Part shown: in pieces, positions 39,679-49,840 of the stretch
Position numbering within the stretch: position 1 is the stretch's first letter
Layout: the number at the start of each line of letters is the position of its first letter
Source of the DNA: Chloroflexota bacterium
GTDB lineage: Bacteria > Chloroflexota > Anaerolineae > UBA4142
Length of the DNA: 64,000 bases
Assembly: GCA_016215025.1 (NCBI GenBank)
Contig: JACRMI010000182.1
Location: 2,864 to 66,863, forward strand
Direction: 5' to 3'
Notes under the pieces: model-generated
Databases searched by the model: none
The model's input: the letters and a program-made list of their open reading frames with translations, nothing else
Told to the model about the DNA's origin: nothing
Position numbers and translations under genes: made by a program

Positions 39679-40491
39679 ATGTCAGAGCCTGATCCTGCAT
39701 CTAAACCATCAACGCCCGCCACCGGTCGCGCGGTTCCAATCGATCTCGGAAACGTACCCTGGTGGATCTTCATTCTCGTTGCGATGCTGTTAGTGGCTGC
39801 GCTGGTTATTTTTACCAGTGCCGATTATACATCGATCATTACGCTTCTGAGCAGCGGTCTTTATCTCACGCTCTATGTTACGTTTGTCGCCTATTTCTTT
39901 GCGTTGATCTTTGGACTCATCGCGGGTCTCATGCGTGTCTCGCGTAATCCCATTCTCTACACCATCGGTACGCTGTACGTCGAAATCATTCGTGGCATTC
40001 CACTCCTCGTCCAAATCCTGTATTTTTTCTACGTCATCGCACCAGCGCTTGCCGATCGTGTCCCAGAACCATTCGACCAAATTTTTCGTAGTGAAGTTAA
40101 CGAAGGCATCATCGCACTCGCGATTGGCTACGGCGCGTATCTTGCCGAGGTGTATCGCGCTGGCATCGAAGCCATTCCGCGCGGACAAATGGAAGCAGCG
40201 CGTTCGCTGGGCATGAACTATGTTCAAGCCATGCGCTATGTCATTTTGCCGCAAGCGTTGCGCATCATCCTGCCACCACTCGGCAATGACTTTGTCTCGA
40301 TGCTAAAAGATTCGGCGTTGACTTCGGCGCTCAGTGTCAAGGAACTGACGCTCTGGACGCGCCAACGCAGCGCCAATACCTTTCGACCGCTGGAACATTG
40401 GACGATTGCTGCCCTGCTCTATCTGGTGATGACCATGGGCTTGTCGATTCTCGTCCGTTATCTTGAACGCAAATTTACGATTCCAAAATGA
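39679..40491 (+). CDS. Polar amino-acid ABC permease
   Basis: YVEIIRGIPLLVQ, EAA loop GQMEAARSLG, LKDSAL. Confidence 0.93.
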   Translation: MSEPDPASKPSTPATGRAVPIDLGNVPWWIFILVAMLLVAALVIFTSADYTSIITLLSSGLYLTLYVTFVAYFFALIFGLIAGLMRVSRNPILYTIGTLYVEIIRGIPLLVQILYFFYVIAPALADRVPEPFDQIFRSEVNEGIIALAIGYGAYLAEVYRAGIEAIPRGQMEAARSLGMNYVQAMRYVILPQALRIILPPLGNDFVSMLKDSALTSALSVKELTLWTRQRSANTFRPLEHWTIAALLYLVMTMGLSILVRYLERKFTIPK

Positions 40492-40535
40492 TCTTGTCAT
40501 TCTGAGCGAAACGAAGAATGACGGCAAGCAATACA

Positions 40536-41279
40536 ATGAGCCAAGCTAAACCGATTATTCAAATCGAGCAAGTCTCCAAGTGCTTTGGCAAAGTGCAAGC
40601 ACTCAACAACGTGAGTACCTCCGTGCGCCACGGCGAAGTCCTCGTTTTGATCGGACCGAGCGGTTCGGGCAAATCGACGCTGCTGCGGTGCATCAACGGC
40701 TTGGAGCGCCCCGACTCCGGCCAAGTCATCGTCGATGGAATTCCAGTCGATCACGCCTCCAATCACATCAACGCCGTTCGCGCCGAAGTGGGAATGGTTT
40801 TTCAACAATTCAATCTTTTCCCGCACCTCACCGTTTTGCAGAACCTAACGCTGGCACAGCAAGTCATCCGCAAACGCAACGGCGAGGAAAGCAAAAAAAT
40901 CGCGCGCGGTCTGTTGATGAAAGTGGGCATACCTGAAAAAGCGGATGCGTATCCGGCGCACTTGTCCGGTGGGCAGCAACAACGCGTTGCCATTGCGCGC
41001 GCGCTAGCGATGAACCCCAAGATCATGCTCTTTGATGAACCGACGAGCGCACTCGATCCGGAAATGATTCAAGAAGTTTTAGAGACGATGATGCTGCTCG
41101 CCAAAGAAGGCATGACGATGGTGGTCGTCTCGCACGAGATGGGCTTTGCCAAAGCCGCTGCGAACCGCATCGTGTTCATGTCGGAAGGTACGATTGTTGA
41201 AGATACCACACCCGACCGGCTCTACAACGATCCGCACGAAGAACGCACCAAGCAATTCTTGAGTAAGATTTTGCATTAG
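40536..41279 (+). CDS. Polar amino-acid ABC ATPase (GlnQ-like)
   Basis: [33 protein letters not shown]. Confidence 0.93.
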   Translation: MSQAKPIIQIEQVSKCFGKVQALNNVSTSVRHGEVLVLIGPSGSGKSTLLRCINGLERPDSGQVIVDGIPVDHASNHINAVRAEVGMVFQQFNLFPHLTVLQNLTLAQQVIRKRNGEESKKIARGLLMKVGIPEKADAYPAHLSGGQQQRVAIARALAMNPKIMLFDEPTSALDPEMIQEVLETMMLLAKEGMTMVVVSHEMGFAKAAANRIVFMSEGTIVEDTTPDRLYNDPHEERTKQFLSKILH

Positions 41280-41368
41280 AAATTGGAGCTTGGCTGTTGG
41301 ATAGTAATGTCACGCGAATGCACTCTAACTTCTAACATCTAACATCCAATCTCCAACCCGGAGGAAGC

Positions 41369-42148
41369 ATGGCATTATTGAACGCCTCTCAAGTCACCAA
41401 ACGCTTTGGCGGTTTGACTGCCGTCGACAAGGTCGATTTTGTCATCGAGCCAGGCATGATCGCCAGCTTGATCGGTCCGAACGGCGCAGGCAAGACGACT
41501 TTTTTCAATTGCATCACGGGATTTTATCGACCGGAAGAAGGCGAGATTCTGTTCGATGGTCACAATCTTGTCGGCTTGCGGCCCGACTTGATTACGCGTC
41601 GCGGCATCGCGCGCACATTCCAAAATATTCGCCTCTTTCAAAACATGACGGCGATTGAAAACGTCATGGTCGGCGAACACCCGCGCATGAAAGCCGGTTT
41701 GTTTGGCGCGATCTTTCGCGACCCTGGCACGATGGCGGAAGAACGGCGCGTCGTCAAGCGCGCGCAAGAGCTTTTGGAATTTGTTGGTCTACGCGGCCGT
41801 GAAGATGAAATGGCAAAAAACCTGGCATATGGCGATCAACGTCGTCTCGAAATTGCGCGCGGGCTGGCGACCGATCCCAAATTGCTCTTGCTCGACGAGC
41901 CGACGGCGGGCATGAATCCGCAAGAGACGACCAAGATGGTTGGCTTTATTCGCCGCTTGCGCGACGAACTCAAGCTCACCATTTTGCTCATCGAACATCA
42001 AATGAAAGTTGTGATGACGATCTCGGATCACGTCAGCGTGCTCGATTTTGGCGTCAAGATTTGTCAAGGCACTCCCGCCGAAGTTCAAAAGAATCCGCGC
42101 GTGCGCGAAGCGTACCTTGGCAAAGAATATACCCACATCGGCGCGTAG
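41369..42148 (+). CDS. livG: Branched-chain amino-acid ABC ATPase
   Basis: FGGLTAVD, GPNGAGKTT, RTFQNIRLF, LAYGDQRRLE, V.EAYLG. Confidence 0.9.
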   Translation: MALLNASQVTKRFGGLTAVDKVDFVIEPGMIASLIGPNGAGKTTFFNCITGFYRPEEGEILFDGHNLVGLRPDLITRRGIARTFQNIRLFQNMTAIENVMVGEHPRMKAGLFGAIFRDPGTMAEERRVVKRAQELLEFVGLRGREDEMAKNLAYGDQRRLEIARGLATDPKLLLLDEPTAGMNPQETTKMVGFIRRLRDELKLTILLIEHQMKVVMTISDHVSVLDFGVKICQGTPAEVQKNPRVREAYLGKEYTHIGA

Positions 42149-42163
42149 GCGAGGTGATGAAAC

Positions 42164-42877
42164 ATGGCAATGCTTGAAGTTAATGACATTCATAGTTATT
42201 ATGGCAATATTCATGCGCTCAAAGGCATCAGTCTCACCGTCGATAAGGGCGAGATTGTGACGCTGATCGGCGCGAACGGCGCGGGCAAGACCACCACGCT
42301 CAAAACGATTTCTGGTGCGATGCACCCACGTCAAGGCACAATCACCCTTGAGGGCGAATCGATTGAAACGCTCCCACCGCACGTTGTGGTGACTCGCGGT
42401 GTGGTGCAATCGCCCGAAGGTCGAAAAATTTTTGGCGCGCTAAGCGTTTACGAAAATTTGGAGATGGGTGCATACACGCGACGCGACACGGCGGCGATTA
42501 AACAAGACCTGGATTTCGTATATACTTTATTCCCTCGCCTCAAAGAACGCGCCAACCAATTGGGCGGAACACTGTCGGGTGGTGAACAACAAATGCTGGC
42601 AATGGCCCGCGCGATGATGTGCCATCCGCGCATTCTCATGCTCGACGAACCGTCGATGGGCTTGGCGCCTGTTTTGGTCGAAGCGATTTTCGAAACGATC
42701 GTCAAGCTCAATCAAGAAGGCACGACGATTCTCTTGATCGAACAGAACGCCGCCAAAGCGCTCCAAGTCGCGCATCGCGGTTACGTTATCGAAACGGGGC
42801 AGATCGTTTTGCATGACAAGGCAAGTGTCTTGCGCCAAAGTGAGCAAGTGCGCAAGGCGTACCTGGGCGAAGACTAA
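42164..42877 (+). CDS. livF: Branched-chain amino-acid ABC ATPase
   Basis: GANGAGKTT, PEGR.IF, LSGGEQQMLA, DEPSMGLAP, EQN. Confidence 0.92.
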   Translation: MAMLEVNDIHSYYGNIHALKGISLTVDKGEIVTLIGANGAGKTTTLKTISGAMHPRQGTITLEGESIETLPPHVVVTRGVVQSPEGRKIFGALSVYENLEMGAYTRRDTAAIKQDLDFVYTLFPRLKERANQLGGTLSGGEQQMLAMARAMMCHPRILMLDEPSMGLAPVLVEAIFETIVKLNQEGTTILLIEQNAAKALQVAHRGYVIETGQIVLHDKASVLRQSEQVRKAYLGED

Positions 42878-42899
42878 CTGAAAGGAAAGTGATAACGCT

Positions 42900-43961
42900 A
42901 TGCCACGCCTATTCAAAGAAAGCATAACCCCCACCGACATTATCATGTTTATCATTGGAGGTCTAATCCTCCTCGTCGTGATTTTCGGTTCGATCGCCAC
43001 GCTCGCCGCCGGCAAGTATACGACGCGCCAATGGTTCGATTTGATCATTTTTGGCGTTGCGCTGGGCGGTATTTATGCGCTTATCGCTTTGGGCTATACG
43101 CTCGTTTATGGTATTTTGCGCATGATTAACTTTGCGCACAGTGAAGTATTCATGGCAGGTCCATTCACCGCGTATTTCCTCGCCGATGCCTGGGGCAGGT
43201 CCGGTTTCCTCGACGAAAATCCCGTTCTCGGATTATTGCTTATCTTTCTGCTGTCGATGGTGATTTCCGTCGCCGTCGCCATTCTTCTTGAGCGCGTCGC
43301 GTATCGACCCTTGCGATTTGCGCCGCGCCTCGTCCCCTTGATTACGGCCATCGGCGCATCGTTCTTTTTGCAGTATTTCTTTCGCGGTCTCTACGGACCG
43401 AACATCAAAGTGTATCCCGACATTCCCGCACTGACAGGGGACATTACCGTCGGCGATCTCAAAGTCACCTATCTGCAACTGCTCGTTATCGTGGCGGCTG
43501 CGGCAATGATGATCGGGCTGCAAATTTTTATCCAACGCTCGCGAACAGGTAAAGCGATGCGGGCGGTTGCCGAAGACAAGCAGACTGCCGCGCTCATGGG
43601 CATCAATGTCGATAACATTATCGTCATTACGTTCCTTCTCGGCGGTGCATTGGCGGGCGCGGCCGGAGTTCTCTACGCGCTGATGTTCAAGCAAGTCGCC
43701 TTCAACATGGGATTTATCCCCGGCATCAAAGCGTTTACGGCGGCCGTGCTGGGCGGTATCGGCAATGTACCGGGCGCAATGGTGGGTGGCTTGTTCCTTG
43801 GCGTAATTGAATCGGTGGGACCCAGTCTCTTCTTGGATGGCTTGGGAATTCCCGCGCCCTATCAACTCAAGGACGCGATCGCGTTTACGTTACTCGTGCT
43901 GGTCTTGATCTTCCGACCCACCGGTATTCTTGGCGAAAAACTTGCCGAGAAGAAAGCGTAG
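42900..43961 (+). CDS. livH: Branched-chain amino-acid ABC permease
   Basis: YALIALGYTLVYG..INFAH, GKAMRAVAED, KAFTAAVLGGIG. Confidence 0.92.
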   Translation: MPRLFKESITPTDIIMFIIGGLILLVVIFGSIATLAAGKYTTRQWFDLIIFGVALGGIYALIALGYTLVYGILRMINFAHSEVFMAGPFTAYFLADAWGRSGFLDENPVLGLLLIFLLSMVISVAVAILLERVAYRPLRFAPRLVPLITAIGASFFLQYFFRGLYGPNIKVYPDIPALTGDITVGDLKVTYLQLLVIVAAAAMMIGLQIFIQRSRTGKAMRAVAEDKQTAALMGINVDNIIVITFLLGGALAGAAGVLYALMFKQVAFNMGFIPGIKAFTAAVLGGIGNVPGAMVGGLFLGVIESVGPSLFLDGLGIPAPYQLKDAIAFTLLVLVLIFRPTGILGEKLAEKKA

Positions 43962-43967
43962 TGTGAT

Positions 43968-45743
43968 ATGACCCCTAACAAATCACAAACCAATCTAATA
44001 GTAAATGCGCTATCGAGCGGAGCCAAACTCGGCGCGATTGGCGGTTTGGTCGCGATTTCGATTGCGCTCCAAGGAATGATGCAAGCGTTCAGCGCGCGTG
44101 ACATCATCCACGGCGTCGTTACGATGAGCCAATCGCTGCTCATCATGACTTTTTTCTTCACCGCGTACTTTGCGGGATCGCGCCATCGGGAAAAGGGACC
44201 CATTTCTGTGTTGATGGCAAGCACTCTTGCTGGAGGAATCTCGAGCGCGTTTCTCGATCTGCTGGTTTGGGTGGGTAGCATTCTGCCGCTGGGCGAAGTA
44301 TTTATCGCCGCAACCAAGCAGATGTACGATTTGCTTTTGTTCAAAATGGATGCCGTGAGTGGCGGAATTTTCTTGATCGTATTGGGAGCGGTCTGCGGCT
44401 TCGTTGCCGGGTTGCTGGTCCTCTTGCCGATCAAAGCGCGCAATGCTATCCTCGGCGGTTTGGTCGCGGTCTTTGGCTTCGGTCTGCTCGAAGATTTGGT
44501 CAAGACGACGCTATCGGACTGGCCCGCGCTCAGACCCATCACCGATTTTCTCTACGTGAGCAATGGACTTACGAACATAGGTGCGATAGCGCTCTTTGTT
44601 TTGTTCGCAGTTGCGATCTTTTCTCGGTCGATGTGGGAAAAACAACTTCAGGCGCGTTACGCCGCTCTGCCCTCTCCCACGCGAACAGGTGCGCGCTGGA
44701 GCGGCATTGTCCTTGGATCAGTTCTCTTATTGCTCGCTCCAATTTTCCTCGGGCTATACATCAGCGATGTGCTCGATTCGGTCGGCTTGTATTTGTTGAT
44801 GGGCTTGGGGCTTAACATCGTCGTCGGTTTCGCCGGTCTGCTCGACCTGGGCTATGTGGCGTTTTATGCGATTGGCGCATACACGGTGGGCATCCTCACG
44901 TCGCCCGAACATGCGACGGGCGTCATTCACAATTGGTGGCTGGCGTTTCCATTTGGAGTTCTCGCCGCCGTCGTCGCCGGAGTTTTGCTTGGCATTCCGG
45001 TTCTCCGAATGCGCGGCGACTATCTTGCCATCGTCACGCTCGGCTTTGGCGAAATTGTTCGCTTGCTGGCCTTGTCTGACTTTTTGAAACCCTGGGAAGG
45101 CGGCGCACAGGGCATTCAAGGCATTCCAACGCCAGACATTGGACCGATCCGATTTGTCCAACAACAAATCAATTTGCCTTTGCTGGGTCAGATCCAATTC
45201 ACGCCATCTCAAATGTTCTACTATCTGTTTCTAGCCGGTTGTCTGTTGGCTATCTTCATCTCCAGCCGCGTAAAAGTCTCGCGGTTGGGGCGCGCGTGGA
45301 TGGCAATGCGCGAAGATGAAGACGTAGCGCAAGCCATGGGCATTGATCTCGTCGCGACAAAACTCATGGCATTTGGAATGGGTGCAGCATTCGGCGGACT
45401 GGCCGGAACGATTTTCGCGAGCAAGCTGCAATCGGTCTATCCGACGAGTTTCAGCTTCCTGGTTTCGATCTACGTGTTGGCGCTCATCATCATCGGCGGC
45501 ATGGGCAACATTCCCGGCGTCATCTTCGGCGCGCTGATGATCTATGGTTTGCCAGAACTCTTGCGCGAAGTCGGCGATTATCGCTATCTCTTCTTCGGCA
45601 TCGGTCTCGTCATCATGATGCTCGTTCGTCCTGAAGGCATTTTGCCCGAAGCTAGGCGCAGGATGGAGTTGGAGGAATTTCGCGAGGAACAAGTCCCTCT
45701 TGAAAAAGACACTGTGGTAATGAAAACGATGGGACAACCATAA
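43968..45743 (+). CDS. livM: Branched-chain amino-acid ABC permease with N-terminal membrane extension
   Basis: GLNIVVGFAGLLDLGY, RGDYLAIVTLGFGE, GRAW.A.REDE; about 240 extra N-terminal residues. Confidence 0.9.
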   Translation: MTPNKSQTNLIVNALSSGAKLGAIGGLVAISIALQGMMQAFSARDIIHGVVTMSQSLLIMTFFFTAYFAGSRHREKGPISVLMASTLAGGISSAFLDLLVWVGSILPLGEVFIAATKQMYDLLLFKMDAVSGGIFLIVLGAVCGFVAGLLVLLPIKARNAILGGLVAVFGFGLLEDLVKTTLSDWPALRPITDFLYVSNGLTNIGAIALFVLFAVAIFSRSMWEKQLQARYAALPSPTRTGARWSGIVLGSVLLLLAPIFLGLYISDVLDSVGLYLLMGLGLNIVVGFAGLLDLGYVAFYAIGAYTVGILTSPEHATGVIHNWWLAFPFGVLAAVVAGVLLGIPVLRMRGDYLAIVTLGFGEIVRLLALSDFLKPWEGGAQGIQGIPTPDIGPIRFVQQQINLPLLGQIQFTPSQMFYYLFLAGCLLAIFISSRVKVSRLGRAWMAMREDEDVAQAMGIDLVATKLMAFGMGAAFGGLAGTIFASKLQSVYPTSFSFLVSIYVLALIIIGGMGNIPGVIFGALMIYGLPELLREVGDYRYLFFGIGLVIMMLVRPEGILPEARRRMELEEFREEQVPLEKDTVVMKTMGQP

Positions 45744-45756
45744 ACTGAAAGAACAG

Positions 45757-45792
45757 GACCTCCGCTGCTTGAGACAGCGGAGGTCTCTTTTT
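45757..45792 (+). terminator. Rho-independent terminator after livM
   Basis: gacctccgctg-cttgaga-cagcggaggtc followed by tcttttt. Confidence 0.75.
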
Positions 45793-45833
45793 GACAAGGT
45801 CTCACTAACCTGATAAAATACATATGGTGGTTA
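45791..45833 (+). promoter_or_regulatory. Sigma70 promoter overlapped by a TAACC-N18-GGTTA palindrome
   Basis: TTGACA-N17-TAAAAT (45791-45819); TAACC at 45806-45810 and GGTTA at 45829-45833. Confidence 0.65.
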
Positions 45834-45846
45834 TCCAAGTTTTCCT

Positions 45847-46497
45847 ATGACACGCGTAGCCAAATCACACACAGCCCAAACCCACTCGGATGCCGAGATT
45901 CATCACCTGATCGCTGGTGAGTTGTGCTTGGATTTTGCCAACACGTTATACGGTCATGACAAAACACCCATCCATGAATACTTGAACAGCTATCGGGACC
46001 TCGTGCTTTGGAGTCAGCACGCGGGCAGGTTCGACCAGCGTACGGCTGATGTGCTGCTCCGCAAAGCCGAGCGTTTTCCCAACGAAGCACTCGTCGTATT
46101 CCATCGCGCCATTGCCCTGCGCGAAACCCTCTTCCGATTATTTGATGCCGTCGCCAATCATAAATCTCCTTCAAATACGGATCTCGCCGCGCTAGATGCA
46201 GCGCGAATAGAGGCAATTTCACACTCGCATCTTGTTCGCACTGCGAAAAGTTTTACGCTCGACTGGAACGACCAGACCGCGCTCGATCAAATGCTGTGGG
46301 AGATTGCGGTTTCGGCGGCAGACCTTATGACGTCGGACAGACTAGCTCTGGTTCGCGAGTGTAGCGGCGATTTGTGCGATTGGCTCTTTGTGGATACGAG
46401 TCGGAATCACATGCGCCGCTGGTGTTCAATGAGCATGTGTGGCAATCGCGCTAAGGTTCGGCGCTTTGCTCACCGGAAACTAAAGCGAACCGCCTGA
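45847..46497 (+). CDS. ABATE-domain / CGNR zinc-finger protein
   Basis: LDFANT; C...C.WLF.D.SRN..RRWCSM..CGNRAK. Confidence 0.92.
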   Translation: MTRVAKSHTAQTHSDAEIHHLIAGELCLDFANTLYGHDKTPIHEYLNSYRDLVLWSQHAGRFDQRTADVLLRKAERFPNEALVVFHRAIALRETLFRLFDAVANHKSPSNTDLAALDAARIEAISHSHLVRTAKSFTLDWNDQTALDQMLWEIAVSAADLMTSDRLALVRECSGDLCDWLFVDTSRNHMRRWCSMSMCGNRAKVRRFAHRKLKRTA

Positions 46498-46553
46498 CAA
46501 TATGAATAGCTTGCAGCCGACCAAGCCCATGCGGCTTGGTTTTGGTTTACCCG

Positions 46554-46612
46554 TTGACAGCCGATTTTCGCTCTGTTATAATCCTAACCAGTATAGAGCA
46601 TTAAACAGGTTT
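46554..46612 (+). promoter_or_regulatory. Consensus sigma70 promoter followed by a TAACC-N18-GGTTT box
   Basis: TTGACA-N17-TATAAT with TGn extension (46554-46582); TAACC at 46585-46589 and GGTTT at 46608-46612. Confidence 0.7.
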
Positions 46613-46685
46613 GTGATGAGTGGGGCAAATTTCCAATTTGCCAGGTAAGTTGGTTACTTGCTCTACGCTTCAAGGGAGGAATACT

Positions 46686-48005
46686 ATGAAGAGCCGACAA
46701 GTGCCAATTATTGCAAGCTTGGTGATGCTTGCACTGTTAATGATCCTTGGATTTGCTGGCAGTGAAATTCAATTAGCTGCTCCAGATCACATTTGTCCAA
46801 CTAATCCGCCATCCAACGTCGAGTGCAATGTCATTCAAGGCGTAAGCAGCAATCACACCCTGCCAAACGTGGTCGGCGCGACGATCAGCGGCGGCGGTCA
46901 ATTCGATATGGCGAACAGTGTAACCGCAAATTTCGGAACGGTCGGCGGCGGAATCGATAACCTCGCGGGCAATCTCGCCGTCGTCGGCGGGGGTTCATAC
47001 AATCGCGCAAACGGTTTTCGGGCGACGATCAGCGGCGGTTCAAGCAACTCATCACGTGGCGCATACTCAAATATAAACGGTGGCGAAAACAACAGCGCCA
47101 GTTCGTACTATACCGTGATCGGTGGCGGCAGCAGCAATAACGCAAGTGATCGTTACGCAACCATCGGAGGTGGTTCGGGCAACACGGCGAGCTTTACACT
47201 CGCGACCGTCGGCGGCGGTGGATACAACTCGGCGACCAGCTTGGACGCAACGGTCGCCGGTGGCTCGCGCAATACAGCCAGTGGCGCTTTCAGTTTTGTC
47301 GGCGGCGGCGCAGATAACATCGCCAGCGCCCTCGATGCGACCATCAGCGGTGGCGCAGGCAACAACGCCAGCGGCGAACACTCGACTATAAGCGGCGGAC
47401 TGGCGAATCACGCAACGGGCAAGTACAGCGTGGTCGGCGGCGGATTCGAAAATCGAGCGGGCAGCAAAAACGCCGATCAAGTTCAGTATGCAACCATTGG
47501 CGGCGGGTCGCACAATACGGCAAGCGGATTCTTCTCGACAGTACCTGGTGGCTCGGCTAATGAAGCCGCCGCCGCGTACAGTTTTGCGGCAGGACACCAA
47601 GCCAAAGTTGATCCTTCACATGACGGCGCATTTCTCCTCGCCGATTCAACTGCATCGGATTTCAACTCAACCACATCGAACGAATTTGCCGTGCGCGCGA
47701 CTGGTGGCATCCGCTTCGTTACCGCTGTGGACGCATCAGGCAGACCACTTGCAGGACTAAAGCTGGCTCCTGGCTCCAACAAATGGGAATCAATAGGCAA
47801 CAATCCAACCAGCCTGTCGTTCGATCAATCGCAACCAATCGCCTCGCTCGAAAATGAAAATACGGCGCTACGCTCGCAAATCGCAAAACTGGACGAACGC
47901 ATCGCCGCGTTGGAGCAACAATCGAACGCCAACAATTTGTTGCCGAGTGGAACACTATTCGCTGGAATTGTTTTGGTGAGTTTCATTTTTTCGCGCAGGA
48001 CATGA
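46686..48005 (+). CDS. Secreted Gly-rich 15-aa repeat (beta-helix/adhesin-like) protein with coiled coil and C-terminal anchor
   Basis: Signal peptide; about 14 repeats of (A/S)T(V/I)(G/S)GGxxNxA; coiled coil; TM with basic tail; RBS gggagga. Confidence 0.75.
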   Translation: MKSRQVPIIASLVMLALLMILGFAGSEIQLAAPDHICPTNPPSNVECNVIQGVSSNHTLPNVVGATISGGGQFDMANSVTANFGTVGGGIDNLAGNLAVVGGGSYNRANGFRATISGGSSNSSRGAYSNINGGENNSASSYYTVIGGGSSNNASDRYATIGGGSGNTASFTLATVGGGGYNSATSLDATVAGGSRNTASGAFSFVGGGADNIASALDATISGGAGNNASGEHSTISGGLANHATGKYSVVGGGFENRAGSKNADQVQYATIGGGSHNTASGFFSTVPGGSANEAAAAYSFAAGHQAKVDPSHDGAFLLADSTASDFNSTTSNEFAVRATGGIRFVTAVDASGRPLAGLKLAPGSNKWESIGNNPTSLSFDQSQPIASLENENTALRSQIAKLDERIAALEQQSNANNLLPSGTLFAGIVLVSFIFSRRT

Positions 48006-48006
48006 T

Positions 48007-48681
48007 ATGAAAACAATCTGGACCTGTCTCGTTCTGTCCCTCATTTTTGTCGTTGGCTGCACAGCGCCTGCAATTCCTCAACCAACAACTCCACCTGCCA
48101 CACCTGCGCCAACTCATCGCCCGATTACATACGCTGAGATTACACCTGGTCCACACAAATCGGTTGGCGATCTTTCAACCGTGATCGATGTGCCGCCCTT
48201 TCCGTACGCACAACCACTTCCACCTCCGGTTCCATCGATCATCGACGGACTCTACACGCGCACGATTCCATTCGACGGCACGCCGGTACCATGCAGGCGC
48301 TGCGCCGGTTATCGATTGGAAGGCGGCACGTGGTCGCTGTATTTGAATAACGGCGTTTTCAAAGTTTTCCAACAAGACACCAATTTTCAAGCGGTCGGTT
48401 CGTTCGCCGTTTCAAATGATCGCATTACATTTTTCAACGATCCGTACTGCGAAGAAGACCTCACGATGGTGGGAACATATAGCTGGCAAAAAAATGGCGA
48501 CACGTTGACTATGCAAACGATTGGCGATTCGTGCTCCATCGGTTTACGCGCCAAGAATTTGACGGCGACAAGCTGGGTCAAAAAAATCGATCCCTGTCAG
48601 CCGCCGAACAAGGAGTCCGCGATAACCGATCACTGGAAAAAACCGCCAGAGTGTGATCGGGTTTTGACGCGGACGCCATGA
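48007..48681 (+). CDS. Cys-rich lipoprotein of unknown function
   Basis: Lipobox VVGC, Pro-rich linker, six further Cys including CRRC; starts 1 nt after the upstream stop. Confidence 0.7.
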   Translation: MKTIWTCLVLSLIFVVGCTAPAIPQPTTPPATPAPTHRPITYAEITPGPHKSVGDLSTVIDVPPFPYAQPLPPPVPSIIDGLYTRTIPFDGTPVPCRRCAGYRLEGGTWSLYLNNGVFKVFQQDTNFQAVGSFAVSNDRITFFNDPYCEEDLTMVGTYSWQKNGDTLTMQTIGDSCSIGLRAKNLTATSWVKKIDPCQPPNKESAITDHWKKPPECDRVLTRTP

Positions 48682-48689
48682 TGTCAGAA

Positions 48690-48720
48690 AATGCGACACA
48701 CCTCGGAGGTGCGTCGCATT
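48690..48720. repeat. Palindrome, atgcgacgcacc family (copy 2)
   Basis: aatgcgacacacctcggaggtgcgtcgcatt. Confidence 0.8.
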
Positions 48721-48757
48721 TATTTCTGTGGTAAAATCGCGCCCAGGAGGTTGCCGA

Positions 48758-49741
48758 ATGCGAATTCTCTCTCGCTCCGACGTTCAGAAATCCTTGTCGA
48801 TGAAAGATGCAATTGTGATCGTACGCGATGCCTTTGCGCAGCTCTCGTCGAATCAAGCGACCGTTCCCGTTCGTATTCCAATCCCGATTCAAAAGCACGA
48901 CGGCGTCACGTTGTTCATGCCCGCGCATTTGCACACCAGCGACGCGCTCGCGATCAAAATCGTTTCCGTGCATAATCAAAATCCTGCGAAGGGATTGCCG
49001 CTCATTCATGCGCTCGTCGTCGTGATCGATGCTGGCACCGGCAAGCCCCTCGCGGCGATGGAAGGCGGATACCTCACGGCATTGCGGACTGGCGCGGCCA
49101 GCGGCGCAGCCACCGATTTACTTGCGCGACGCGATGCACGCGTTGCCGCGATTTTCGGCGCGGGCGTGCAAGGGCGGACGCAACTCCTCGCGATTGCGAG
49201 CGTCCGCGACCTCGAACGTGTTTACGTTTATGATGCGGTTCCTGCCCAAGTTGAAAAATATATTGCCGATATGCGGGGACAGCCCGGCGTGCCAAGCGAT
49301 TTGCGCGCGGCATCCTCATCGACTCAAGCCATACACGAAGCGGACATTATTTGCACAGCGACTACATCGCGGCAAGCGGTATTCAATCACGCCGATTTGA
49401 AACGCGGCGTGCATATCAATGCAGTCGGCGCATACACGCCGGAGATGCAAGAGATTCCAGAGGAGACTGTGCGCGCGAGCAAACTCGTGATCGATCATCG
49501 TGCCAGTGCGCTAGCCGAAGCTGGGGATTTGATTATCGCGATGCAAAAAGGCATCATCAGCGAGTCACATATTTACGCGGAGATTGGAGAGATTGCAGCG
49601 GGGAAAAAACCGGGACGCACAAGCGACGACGAAATCACATTCTTCAAGTCCGTCGGCAACGCCGTGCAAGATGCGTCCGTCGCACGCGCGATTTACGATG
49701 CGGCGATGAAAAACAATTTAGGTAGTGAAGCAGAGTTATAA
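48758..49741 (+). CDS. Ornithine cyclodeaminase / mu-crystallin family protein
   Basis: [37 protein letters not shown]. Confidence 0.92.
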   Translation: MRILSRSDVQKSLSMKDAIVIVRDAFAQLSSNQATVPVRIPIPIQKHDGVTLFMPAHLHTSDALAIKIVSVHNQNPAKGLPLIHALVVVIDAGTGKPLAAMEGGYLTALRTGAASGAATDLLARRDARVAAIFGAGVQGRTQLLAIASVRDLERVYVYDAVPAQVEKYIADMRGQPGVPSDLRAASSSTQAIHEADIICTATTSRQAVFNHADLKRGVHINAVGAYTPEMQEIPEETVRASKLVIDHRASALAEAGDLIIAMQKGIISESHIYAEIGEIAAGKKPGRTSDDEITFFKSVGNAVQDASVARAIYDAAMKNNLGSEAEL

Positions 49742-49840
49742 CTAATCGTCAAATAGTCAGGTAGTCAGTTGGTCGTATAGTCGAACAAAGATAAATGGGT
49801 TTGACCATTTGACTATCTGACGACGTGACTATTCGACTAA

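Noticed and set aside
46490-46545. gcctgacaa...ttgcagccgacc resembling the left end of an integron attC site
   Set aside because: No matching GTTRRRY right end at a suitable distance, no cassette array and no integrase.
46870-47600. Gly-rich repeats as a possible diversity-generating retroelement target
   Set aside because: No reverse transcriptase and no near-identical repeat pair differing at adenines.
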